Assembly (NCBI GenBank): GCA_023334545.1
Contig: JAADVB010000133.1
Span: 1 to 50,713, forward strand
DNA from: Salisapilia sapeloensis CBS 127946
Lineage: Eukaryota > Protista > Oomycota
Length of the DNA stretch: 50,713 nt
Reading direction: 5' to 3'
A program made the position numbers and the translations under genes. Below are positions 31,863 through 43,800 of this stretch, piece by piece. Below the pieces are notes generated by a model that had not been told where the DNA came from, ran no database searches, and worked only from the letters and a program-made list of their open reading frames with translations. Positions within the stretch are counted from its first letter, which is position 1. Each line of letters starts with the position of its first letter.

Positions 31863-33270
31863 ATGCCTGCATTCGATGACCTTGCGTTTAATCTGCCTCC
31901 TTCTCGATCTGTACCTTTTCCTGTGCATCCGAATGATGATGAAACACCTACATGAACGCTGTGTAATTTATAGAGAGCTCTGTTGCGTGACTACTGCGTC
32001 CAGTGCGAAGAGATCGTGACGCTCGTCACACGAGGTGATGTCTGTAGCTGCACTTTGTATGGCCAATTGCATACTCATGGCAGGATAGACCGACAGCGTT
32101 GTCATGCATGCAACACAGAGCTTCAACGACGTCCCGATGACGACTACGATACGCATGTAAGCACCATCGCCTTCGACATGTGCCCTCGAACTCAATCTAT
32201 GCATTATAGACAAATGATCCACCCTTGGAGATAATTGATTTTAACCAAGAACCCGAAATGCGAGAGATAATCACAGAACTGATTCGTGAAGGTACTATTA
32301 CGGCTGAGATGCGTACTAACGAACGACAGCCTGCATCCGAACAAGCGAGTATACCCATATTTAGTCGTCTTTACAGAATATATTCTTTTATATTCATGCA
32401 CAAATAGTCTCAAAGCTTAAGCGCTTTTCAGCTGATGCTGCTTCCACCGTCGAAGTCGCAATCACCACAAGCGGCATTAAAGGAGAGGTGTGTTTTTACT
32501 TTGTACAGTGCTATCAAACGTGTAAGAGTATGACGGTTTTGACCTCTTATGAACGAGTCTAGGTCGTTGCCATTCCAGCGAATTTTGGTCCGCATAAGTC
32601 CGTTCCAAACGCTATTGTCGAGATTGGCGATCCGTTAGATGGCGCGGCACCATTCGAAAATGCTGGAAAGCTACAAGATAAAATCGTCCTCCTAGAGCGT
32701 GGGGGATGCACCTTTGTCCAGAAAAGTCTACGAGCTCAGGAAGCAGGAGCAGTTGCGGTGATCATTAATCAAACCATGCATGTCTGGCCTTACACCATGA
32801 CGGACTCGAAAAAGGAAAGTAAAGACCTCGACATTCCAGTTTATATGATCAGCCGGCAGCATGGGCGCGGGTAAACTTTTGAGCTCTCGTAGCATGCTCC
32901 GTACAGTAACTAGATATTGGTGTAGGTTTCTCGACTATCTACGTACTCACTCGGATCAAGAGGTGACTGCTCATATCACCGTCCGTGATCAAGGACATGA
33001 ATGTGTAATCTGCCAGGTCGGTTTGGAAATCGGAATGGACGTCATGCGTATGCCTTGCCAGGTACTTGTAAAGACTATTATATCGGTGCTTGAGCTCAAT
33101 TTGACATGTCCCAGCATCTCTTTCACGCGAACTGTTTGCTCGAGTGGCTTAAAATTGGGAACTCCTGTCCTATCTGCCGTGTCGAAATCGAGAGTGAAGA
33201 TGACTTGGGAAGACCACGACCTACTGCACAGGCCCGAGGCGACTTCCAATGGAGCGAATGGTTCTCGTAA
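31863..33270 (+). CDS. RING-H2 E3 ubiquitin ligase with an N-terminal Cys-rich segment and an internal PA (protease-associated) domain; 349 aa
   Basis: Exons 31863-31910, 31974-32156, 32210-32348, 32408-32487, 32563-32870, 32926-33061 and 33115-33270. PASEQAISKL; PA domain IVLLERGGCTFVQK...AGAVAVII; RING-H2 CVIC...MPCQHLFHANC...W...CPICR. The 5' exon is less certain. Confidence 0.85.
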
Positions 33271-33366
33271 CTACTTTTGTGAATAACATCAATTACTTTT
33301 GTGTTTCTGTATAACTCTTTTGTGACGGTTGGATGGCTACAATCCACAACTTCCTATCAAAACGTC

Positions 33367-33794
33367 ATGGAGTTCTTTACAGCCCATGCCAAGACCACTG
33401 GACCGGCATTCTGTCCGCACTGTGGTACCATCCTCGATCTGCCAGACACGAACAACATTGTCTGTTCTGCTTGCAGCTACAGATGTCACTATGAAGGTAC
33501 TTTATATGCTGTCGGATTAGCATATCGTGTCGCTCACATTCGTCTCTAGACCTGCCATCGCTGTCGACAGTAACCTACAGTGAAGATAAGCCTGTGCCCC
33601 AATGGCTCAAGGTGGATGCGAACGCCGTGAGTGAAGTGAAGGGTCCGGCGAGAGCAACGGTCGAAGAGCCATGCCCAAAATGTGGCAACCCAGAGATGGA
33701 CTACTATACGATGCAGCTTCGATCGGCAGATGAAGGACAGACTGTCTTCTACGAGTGCAAAAAGTGTGGTCACAAGTATTCTGTGAACAATTAG
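33367..33794 (+). CDS. RPA12: RNA polymerase I subunit RPA12 (TFIIS-like); 124 aa
   Basis: Exons 33367-33496 and 33550-33794. FCPHCGTIL...CSAC N-ribbon; CPKCG...QLRSADEGQTVFYECKKC C-ribbon. Confidence 0.93.
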
Positions 33795-33951
33795 AAACAT
33801 GCTGCATATCACCCTTGACTCCTGACAGACACTCTTGTGCGTTTGATACCCTCGTTATTGTATTTTTATTGTTCCTACTAGAATACAAGTGCAGCAGACG
33901 CTCGCTCCAATCGACCACGTACTCTACGGCAAGGGTTTGCATCTACATGGC

Positions 33952-36486
33952 CTATTGCATCGTAAAGCCTGTGATCTCCATGTTGATCACGAGCGTCAAG
34001 TACGTCTCTAGCTCATCACACGATTTGTACTTGGGCAAGTCGAGTCGGTTAAAGCACGTGTGGGCCTTCGGATAGAGCCGTACGCCGACTGTACCTCTCG
34101 GTATGATCTGGATATTGAAGCGACGGACACGTCCATCGTTGCTGAGTAGAGCCTTAAAACCTTCTACCGGTACGCGAGAAGTACCGGTGACGAATTGGAG
34201 CAACCTTGCTCGTTGTTCCTGGCTAAATCGACCGACGACCTGCCAGAACCACTCAACGACCTTATCTTCTGCCTTGGTCGGGAAGTCGACGTCGATGTGC
34301 GTGACATCGGTGTGCTTCTGCCAGTCCTCGACGTCAATCTGCGGGACGCCGCAGAGCAAGAGTTCGAGCTCTTGGTAGTCAAAGACAGCAAGGAGAGGTC
34401 TCGGTATGATATCGTACACACCCTTGATGATAGCAGACACCTGTTGCTGCACACTTGACAGCAGCTTGTGCTTCATGAGCAGGTCCAAGTACTCGGTCTT
34501 GTTGTCATCCGTGACGACAATGTCTTTTCCTCCAGGTTTTAGCTCTTCCGTCACGACGGATCCATCCGCATCTCGTCGCTGGACAGTAAAGTCAAGACAG
34601 AGCGCATCGACCTGCATGTTGTCTCGAACCCACACAGCATTACGATAGAGCTCTTCGTCCATGAATTCCAAATCCGAGAAGGAGATCGGGACGCCAAGCA
34701 AATGCTTTAGTAGAGGAAGAGAAAAGTGGACAGTGAGTAGCTGTCCTTCTAGTAGGGACTTGGCAATCAGTCGGCCGACGAACTGGTAGCAGTTGAGATG
34801 ATCTGCATGCGTCTGCTGAGAGTTTGGATTGATCCAGTAGCCTGCATTAGCAGCTTGCGTCGGCTGAAAGAGTCCGTACTGCTCATCAAAGAGTTTCTCA
34901 CACATGAGCAGGACCCACTCACGCATTAAACCTCCAGCATCCAAACCAGGCTCATTCATAAACTCAATGCGCAGTCGTTGACGCAAGTCTTCCGGCGGGA
35001 CGACCATGAGCAAGTGCATGGACTCGGCCAACATGGCTTCACGTCGAATTTTCAACAGCAAATGACCTTCTTCCCATGGCACAGCAACCTTATCGAGCTC
35101 TTGTAAGAACCAACGCGTTTTTTGACGGAACGATAGAGCTGCGACGGCTTCAAAGTCGATCTCGGCAGTCACACGAGGGAATTCCTCAGCGTCAATGACA
35201 TGCGCTTCACCTTCGATTTTATCTGCTGGGACCCACTCGACGTTACCATCGGCATCTTCCTGACGGACGTAGCCGACGGAAGCTTCTGCAATGAAGCCAC
35301 TGTGGGAATGAGATAAGGAAGAATCGCTCTTGGACAAGACACGAGAACGGCCGTACTTTGGAGCACTTTCACCTCTCTTCCGGATGGTTGGTGTCATGGC
35401 AGAAGGGTGGTTGGTCGAGTGACTCATGGACAACTCGGTCTCGACACCTATGCTACGATCGAAGTTACTGTTCAGACGTCGGCTGCGGACAAGTGGGTCC
35501 TCTTCATCAAAGAGGTAGTTGACGTCTTCCACGGTTCGCACCGGTGTATTGCGACCGTCGAGATCTCGGAGCTCCAACCCAGAATGGGAGGATGCTGGTG
35601 TCAAGGCGCTGGCTGGTGTCGAGGCACTGGCTGGTGTCGAGGCACTGGCTGCTTGGAGATCATTTAATGTGAGGTTACTGAGTCGGGTCGCTCTTGGCTC
35701 ACAGTCGTCGACTCGAACCCAACGATATTGATTGTCGTCTGTCTTCTCTCGCTGCCACATGTGACGTCGACGAGCTCCTCGTTGGCGCTGGTTTAGGTTC
35801 TTCGCATTCAGTCGACGTACGTGGAAAGAGCGATTGCGAGCGGCCATGAGCTTCTTGCCATCCGTTGAAAGATGGGCTTTCAAGTCATGCCATGATGTAG
35901 CCGTGGGCGAGGCCTTGGCCTGGTTCGAGATTACTACATGCAGTTGTGTTAGATGGAGACCGGTGGATGGATGAACGGTGAAACATACCTTGTGGAGTAC
36001 CACACATGATACATTCTTGCTTTGCAGGGTGATTCTCATGATAACAGACAGAGCACTGCCATTCATTTTGTCCATCGCCGACGAAACTGTAGTATACGGT
36101 TAGGACGGCAAGTGGGTTGGACTGGAGGTAGAGGCGTACCTGTCGATAAGCGAATAGCGCTGCATATTGTTGTTAGCATTCTCAGCTTCCATTCGGAGCT
36201 GCACTTGTTTCCGATGGTGTTGGTAGTACAGCACGCCTGCAATCAGGCAGGCAGCGAGTACTCCGAGGAAGACATAGACGTAGGTCACTGGAGTCATGTC
36301 AAAACAATTAGACCATCCGTCATCAATTTCTTTCGTGTAGAATACATGCTTACTGCTTGTATCGTGGCTGTCACTTCCATCTCCAACATCAGGGTTTCCA
36401 CTGTCGCTACCAGACCCATTTGCCTCCAACTTCGATCCGATGGTGTTCAGACCAATGTCCTGTGCCGCACGGAGTCCTCGGTGCAT
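33952..36486 (-). CDS. HECT E3 ubiquitin ligase (NEDD4-like HECT) with an N-terminal TM helix and a RanBP2 zinc finger; ~786 aa
   Basis: Exons 36354-36486, 36140-36287, 35989-36086 and 33952-35933. TM YVYVFLGVLAACLIAGVLYY; WQCSVCYHEN...CIMCG; HECT EPGLDAGGLMREW...ELELLLCG...FVTGTSRVP...PKAHTCFNRLDLP with the catalytic Cys. The ORF-track N-terminus (MDKMNG...) is an artefact of reading through a 55-nt intron. Confidence 0.9.
35594..35651 (-). repeat. 18-bp coding tandem repeat, ~3.2 copies (S/L-T-P-A-S-A) in the HECT linker
   Basis: gctggtgtc(a/g)aggc(g/a)ctg x3 on the + strand. Confidence 0.85.
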
Positions 36487-36740
36487 CTTGTGCACCTATT
36501 CAGAAATTCACAAATGGCAAGACAGACAAGTGTCTTGTGGAAGAGGCTGGTATCATGCCCGAATTGCTCGTAAGCAACAAGTGGTCAGGGGAGGTACTGG
36601 TCCTTTCAGCCATCACCACTATACAAGAGTTCAGACCATGCCAGCAGATGTGTATCCACTTCAAAAATAAAAATTCAAGTGGCTGGCTCTCGAAAGAAAA
36701 GACTTGCAAAGAAAAGAAAATACAAGACAGAACAAGCGCC

Positions 36741-38846
36741 ATGGCGGACGACGCGACGCTACCTCCACGCAGTCGCGAACCGTCTCCAGCGCCACCACAT
36801 TTATCTCCGCTGTCCCCACCACAGCCTCCACCTCCTTCGTCGCCACCACCACCGCCACCGTCTTCTTCTCCTCCACCTCTGCCTGCTGCCACCACCAACG
36901 ACGAAGATGAGGCCGTGGTGACACGATCTATGCCTAGTATGAAGACAAACAGTGTACAGGAACAGACGAATATGATCCCACCATGCCCGGAGGATATACC
37001 TACATCTCCGACGGTGACAGCATCTCCGGATTATCAACCGGATCTCGGAGATGACCAGGCAGAGCTCGAGAATAGTAATCAGGAAAGGAATGACGCAGAT
37101 GCACCGACGTCATCTCCGCCTCCTCCACCTCCCACGAACTCACCACCACCTCCGCCGCCCCCATTATCGCCTCCGAATCCTTTATCGACAGATTATATGA
37201 ACGAAAGCGACCGTCAGAGCTTTTCTAGTCAAGATGCGACGTCGAATAATGCTTCCCAGATGACGGAGAGTGCTGGATATAGTAGTCAGGTCTATACTTC
37301 CGAACAGGAAGAAGATGCGCCAACATTGGAACGGAAGCCATCGCTTGGAGGAATGTATTCTGGCATGACGCCAAGCTCGACGGAGCAGAAGAAGCCTGCT
37401 GGAAGTCTCAATTCAACGTCACAAGCATTACGGAGGGAGATTACGGAGCGAGAGATCATGGCAGAAGATTTTTCTCCATCCATTGCTCCCGTGGACAGAC
37501 CTCGATTCTATCTAGGCGATATCAATAGCTACACGATCATCGGCAAAGTCGGGTCAGGTACCTATGGGTATGTCTTACTTATCTCTACACTTGGTATTTA
37601 TACTAAAGTATTGGTCTAGCGAGGTGTTCAAGTGTCAGCATAAAGTCACCAAGGACATTGTCGCTTTAAAAAAGCTTCGCTTGGACATTGAAAAGAACGG
37701 AGTACGTATCCTCTTGTAGGATTCAAAGGTGTATGTACTAAGCAGTGTGATTCTAGTTTCCATTGACGTCTATTCGGGAGATGAAGATCCTGCGAGTATT
37801 AAAGCATCCGAATATTGTCGGCATCAAGGAACTCGTGTCGTCTCCAGGTATTATGTCTCTCTAACACTCGCCTTCCAAACCTTCTTACAAATTCATCGGT
37901 AGTGTCCGTGCCACGTGATGGAAAGAAGCCGTCTCTATACATAGCATGCGAGTACATGGAGCACGATCTCTCTGGTCTCTTAACTCACCCGAAAGTTCGT
38001 TTTTCTCGCACACAGATACAATGCTACATGCGGCAGCTCCTCTGTGGCGTAGCGTTCATGCATCGACATAAGATTGTCCACCGAGATATTAAAGCATCTA
38101 ACCTCCTTCTGAACAACCAAGGGATGCTCAAGGTCGCTGACTTTGGTCTCTCTCGCTTCTGGAACGAAGTCGCGGCGAAGGCTGGGCGGTATACGAATAA
38201 AGTGGTGACGCTATGGTATCGTCCGCCTGAACTCTTGCTTGGATCCACTTCGTACGATCTGAGTGTTGATATCTGGTCAATTGGATGCATCTTTGCGGAA
38301 CTCTTGACGGGAAAACCGATTCTCCAAGGCAAGAACGAGATGGAGCAACTGCAGCTCATCTTTGGTTTATGTGGGAAGCCGACGGAAGAGAACTGGCCTG
38401 GATTATCCAAGTTGCCGCATGCTGCCAACTTATCCGTCGATGACAAGTACGTGTATAAGCTCAAGGACCGGTTCCAGGGCTTGCCGCCTTTAGCGGTGGA
38501 TCTCTTGGAACGACTGCTGACGCTGGACCCGGAGAAGCGGATTTCGGCTGCGGAAGCCATGAACCACGATTATTTCTGGCGCGTACCGACGTGCAAACCA
38601 CGAGACTTACCTAAGTTTGCGGTCGCATCTAGACACGAGTATCAGAGTAAGAAGAGGTATCAGGAGGATATGGCAGCAAAGGCTTCGGACGGACAGCGAA
38701 ATGTCCGACAGCGGTCGTATCGTGATCAGCCACGAGGACGTCAATACGATCGATCAAGGGAAAGGTCGAAAGGATCACACCGGCATCGAGAAAGTGGTTA
38801 CGATAATCGGCCGAATGGACGGGATCGGTATCAAGGAGGTAGATAA
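36741..38846 (+). CDS. CDK9/CDKC/CDK12-like transcriptional cyclin-dependent kinase with a Pro-rich N-terminus and an Arg-rich C-terminus; 647 aa
   Basis: Exons 36741-37567, 37620-37701, 37757-37847 and 37903-38846. GSGTYG, VALKK, cyclin-binding helix FPLTSIRE, HRDIKASN, DFG, YTNKVVTLWYRPPELLLG. Confidence 0.92.
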
Positions 38847-38967
38847 GATGAATTGAATACTTTTATTCTACTTGTTTCGTTGTTGATTGGTAGAAAAGAG
38901 TGTTCTAGTGCTTTGATTGGATGAAAAAGAGATGCGAACTTCAAATACACATAAAGACATCCGAAGT

Positions 38968-39970
38968 ATGAAGTGGCTTGGGCTGCTCGTGACGGCGCTG
39001 TGCTGCTGCATGGGGGTATCCGATGCTGTCTACTTTTATGTCCGTAAGGAGGTCAGTTGTGTGGCATATATATGGAGGTTTTAATTGCCGTAGAAATGAC
39101 GATGGTGTACTTGATTAGGATGATCGCTGCTTTGTCGTCGATATTCCTGCTGATACATCCTTCCACGTCGAATACGAATCTCCTGATACCACAGATACAC
39201 TCGTATGGATAGATATGTATGCCAATACGTCTTGTATGTATCTAAGTAGCAATACAGAAATCTGTCGTACAGATCTCGGCTCCTGATGCGGATGCCCCGG
39301 GACAAACGAAAGTGGCGAAGAAGCAGATCATGGCAACCAAGGTATTTCATCAAGTACAAGTTGAGTGTAATTTACTTCACAGATATTGCATAATAGGGAG
39401 CTATTCCGTTCACTTCGACGGAAAGCGGTCTTCACAAAGTATGCGTCGATCTCGATTCGATGGACTTTGCCCTCCCTAGCACTGCTTTCATGGTATTGGC
39501 CTCAATCTTACTTGCATTATAAGTAGACTGGACAGAGCTCATTGCAATGTGTACATCATAGCGTGTATCGCTTCGAATCGCCATGGGTGCTCGCCATGAA
39601 GACTATCAGGACATAGCTCGCAAGAGTAACATGGACGACCTCCAGCTCTCGATACTCAAGCTACGAGACCGAGTCCGAGCTATTCTACGCAATCAGGACT
39701 ATGCCAAGGTACTCTTCATAAGCCGATCGATGTATATTGATATAAATACTGATTTTGCAAACTAGGAAAAGAGCTTGCAGCTGCAAAAGTCGATCGAGAG
39801 CAACAATAACGAAACGACTTGGGTCTCGCTCTTCCAGGTAGACACATCCTCTCTGTAGTATGAACCAACACCAGAATTATAACGATATTTAGATTGGCCT
39901 GCTACTGTTTACTGGCGTATACCAAGCTCGTCACTTGAAAGCGTACCTTCATACGAAGAAACTTGTGTAG
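38968..39970 (+). CDS. TMED9: p24/TMED (emp24/gp25L) cargo receptor, TMED9-like; 214 aa
   Basis: Exons 38968-39051, 39119-39202, 39258-39341, 39397-39492, 39562-39708, 39766-39837 and 39893-39970. Signal peptide, GOLD domain, coiled coil, TM helix, and dilysine tail KKLV. Confidence 0.88.
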
Positions 39971-40060
39971 ACATTGTCACGGCAGACAGAACGAGCAACT
40001 TGTAGTCTCGAACGAAATAAAATGGATTGACACTTGTGCTCATGATGAGTTCTATTGACG

Positions 40061-40494
40061 TTACTCGGTGGAAGATGTCGGTTCGGACGAAGAGCTCGCT
40101 GCGCCCTGCTGTCGTTCCTTTTGCAAAGCCAATTGGAGCGAATTGTGGATCAATCGGCAGTCCTGCGTGTATGGCACCGAGTAGTCGACAAACGAGCCTA
40201 CATCCACTATTAGACGATCGCATAGAGATAAACGGAGTGAGACATACCGAGAACGCCTAACACAGCAAAGGGTTTGTACGATTTCTGCTGGATGCTAATC
40301 GGAATCCCAATCAACACGCCACCGACACATGCCTACGAATGGTCCATTAATCAATCCAAGACAATAATCTCTTTCTATATTCAAATTACCAAGATCTGAC
40401 GGTTGATCATGCAAGAAGTAAGCATCTTCTGCAATTCCTGCGAGTCTTCATGGCCCTGGGGCTTCTCCTGATCACTCACCCGTCCGAGCAGCAT
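40061..40494 (-). CDS. Small two-TM hairpin protein, 108 aa; possibly mitochondrial inner membrane (Mic10/COX20-like, unconfirmed)
   Basis: Exons 40390-40494, 40248-40332 and 40061-40197, with strong 57- and 50-nt introns. Translation: MLLGRVSDQEKPQGHEDSQELQKMLTSCMINRQILACVGGVLIGIPISIQQKSYKPFAVLGVLGSFVDYSVPYTQDCRLIHNSLQLALQKERQQGAASSSSEPTSSTE. Not shown in the ORF track. Confidence 0.7.
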
Positions 40495-40873
40495 ATTGCA
40501 ATGGTGGTATTCTGTGAATTCAAAACACACTACTGTACATCAAACGAAAAAGCATGCTGGAATCAGTCCCGCAGCTCTTCCCAGAGCTTGGTCCAGCTCT
40601 CAATGCGTTCATCGTCACTCTCCTCGGTCTCCATCTCCTTGCACTTGTACTTATTCAGCATATTTGCCTTTTTAGTTTCATATTGACCAAGATCTAATGG
40701 TATGATAGACATATTGGCTCCTTCATTGCATCCACGACAGTCGCAAGAGCACTCCGAAGCGCTTTGGCGATGATAAGAAGTGGCAGTAAAGAGTGCTTGC
40801 AGAGGCCAACGTCGTACAAGTGTATGCAAGTAAAGAAAACAACAAATCATCGTGTTTTGAGCACATACTCGCT

Positions 40874-43800
40874 CTAGTCTTTAAAGAAGATCCGAGCTCC
40901 ATTGAGCGTCCAGTCGAGCAAGTCAAACTCGCGCCGATTGAGCTCAATCCGTTTCGCGGTCAGCTGTAGTGAATGCACCTCTTCTTCATCGTCAATCAGT
41001 TCCGCAGTCGTTTCCTTCTGCTGTCGCTCCGCCTGCTTCTTCTTCCGCTTCTCCCGCTCTGCTTGTTTTTCCTATCATCATCATCAGAATCTCCACCATA
41101 TCCATCACTAAATCAAGAATTCTACCTTGTAGTCTTCTTCATCTGCCTTGTACTTTCGTCTGACTTCTTCAAACCAGTGCAACGAGTCGAACGCGTCGCC
41201 TTGGTTCAAGATCGCCAGGATGTACGCGACGCCAATGGCAAAGCCGTCGTCAGTAAAGTAAGACTCTCGGCGCCTCGTGTTCTTGTACATGAGGTCCTTG
41301 GCCTGAACAGTGTTGTCGACAAAGTTGATCGTGAGCGCTGGTAAGATCAGATAAAAGTTGTTTAGATGCTTCTGTGCTTCACTGTCCGTCACGTCTTGGA
41401 AGATGCGGACGAGGAGTTGGAAGTAGTCGTTGTTCTCGCTAAAGTTCTTGGCCAGTGTCGCGATGACGCTGTCCAAGTTCTTGGCTGCGACGACAGATTC
41501 CACCGATAGATTCGCTCCTTTCACTTCTTCCTGTCCACTCTCCTCGTCTTTCGGCACACCTTCCCCAGCGTACTGAGCAAACTTGAACTGCGCTCGATTC
41601 AAGTCCGGAACGAACTTGATAGCGTTGCTGCAGTAGTTCATGCCAGCCGATCGGACCATGCGAACATACCCGAGCGCATTCCCGATCTCGGTAATCAACT
41701 GTCGGAACTGATCAAGGAATGTCTTCCCAGCGTCCGACACGCCGAGTTTACGAATATCTTTATTAAACTGCAAAGCTCTAGTGTGTGGGTACTTGTTATC
41801 TACATCTTCATCGTCCCGATGCTTCTTATACCAGCGTTTCTCTCGTTGCAAGAAGCTTTTAATGTACTCGTCAAAGAGGAATTGAGAGAAGATGTCAAAC
41901 TTGCGTGTCAGGAATTGATACGTAAAGTTCACTGTAGTGTTAAGGATGCCCATGCCATGCGTTCGTACGGAACTAGCGATGGAATGGATGTTGATTGAGT
42001 TCAAGTGTCGAGATCCTTGGTCCGACCGACGTTCAATGAAGAACTGCTGGTTCAGATTGTAATTGTACTTGGAGACAAACACCTGGATGTTCCGCATGAT
42101 CTGGAGAATGTCGAGACCTTGATCGAGAGATCCCATGGGCAAATGGTTATCAGCGAGTGCTAGTCCGTACTTGTCATTCGCGAGATTCCGCATTTCGCCA
42201 TACGTCTTCCAGTCATGTAATGCGACGGTCGTGAGGTTATAGAACGTCTGCTCGAGGTAGTGCGTCACTTCTCTCCTCAAGTCGATCAACTTGCCATAGA
42301 CACGAATGGGATGTAGATCCAAGTAGTGATGCAAGACACGAAAGTCAGCACTCTTGGGATTCGGCGCTTCCATGTGATCTAAATGAACTGAATGAACATG
42401 CAGTCGCAAGTCGTTCTCTACATCCTGACACAACGGTTCGACTACTTCTTCATTCACAACGTTCTCGACAAAGTCTCCAAAGTGTGTGAGGAAAGGTAGT
42501 GTGTCATCTTCATGCTTGACAGCTCGAAGCAGTCGCATCGAGTCAAGGAAACCTCCGACGACATACTGAATCCGACGCGCCTGCTCTGGATGCTTATACA
42601 AGTCCTGTAAAAACGGATTGAGTAGCTCTTTACTCCAGTAGAAGAAAGAGCAGTCGCAAGCGTCTCGGATCTGTCGTTGAAAGTCACTCCACAGACGGAG
42701 CTTCCACATGACTTGAACGAACTCATTCGCGTTTTCTAACCCGGCAGGAAAGTGTCCATCCTCCACCTTCTCTTCTTCTTCCTCGTCCTTGGACTCTTGC
42801 TTGTCCAGACCGAGTCTCTCAGCCGAGATAAGTGCGATCTGTGCAGCTAGATCCAGGACAGTCAGACGCGTGTATGACAGCGACTCACCTTCACCTGTGA
42901 GATCATCGATGACAGTGAGTGCTGCCAAGACATCGAGTTTAGTGTCATCAAAGCGACGACTAGCCTCCAGCCTCGCTTTGAGCGGTCGGAAGAGATTGGC
43001 AAAACGCTGTTGCTCTAGACGAAAGACGAGAGCCGTGGACTCTGCGACGATCGGACCTTTGCGAGCGAGCATGAACTCGACAGCTTTGAGCACTTCGACA
43101 CAAGTATACAACGGGCGTACGACACGCTTGGGCATTGGTGTATTCAAAGACAAGTGAAGGTTCACGAGCGAATGCATCTTTGTCTGCACCTTTTTCGCGA
43201 GCAAGAGGCCACTGAGCAGCAAGTTGCCTCGGATACGAAGCGTCTTGGCGGTGCCGTTCGTACCTCTTGTCGTCGGTTGAAAGAATGATTCCATACGTAC
43301 GAGCCACGCGTCGAGTTCTAGCTTTGCGCTCTGGACGTCATCTGGAAAAGTGCTGTCGAGGTCCTTGAGATAATCTTCTCGGAATTGTGGCAGGTCGGAA
43401 GGTTCGAGCTTCTTGGATTGCATCGGTACGTGGTGCATGAGGAAGTCGGAGAGGTACCACACGGTCTTGCCTCCTAAAGTGACGCAAGGAGCTTTGGTCT
43501 GGAGTTCCCACAGACGTTTGTAGATCTTCGGGTCAGCACCGACGTTGGAAGGCAGTAACTGACGATGGAGAACGTAGAGTCCGGCTGTACCGACAAGTCC
43601 ATCCCTCTCGGTCGTCTCCGTATTCGAGCTGATAGCGTCTTCTGCGACGCCGAGTCGAGCACTAAGGCAATGTAGAAATTCATCCAGGAAGACTTTATTC
43701 GTACGAATGTCAATCCTTGCTTCACTATCGACACGTGTGCTTTCATCATCATACTCGTACGGCGCGTTGTACTCATCTTCATTCTCTAAAATCGAAAACT

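Noticed and set aside
35934-36075. HECT ORF N-terminus MDKMNGSAL... from the ORF track
   Set aside because: It reads through a 55-nt intron with a CTAAC branch point; the true upstream frame encodes the RanBP2 finger.
36800-37170. CCA/CCT/CCG-rich tracts resembling simple repeats
   Set aside because: They are coding polyproline of the CDK N-terminus.
39909-40223. 104-aa minus ORF (MRSSNSGCRL...)
   Set aside because: It is an alternative frame of exon 3 of the spliced 108-aa gene, starts inside an intron, and overlaps TMED.
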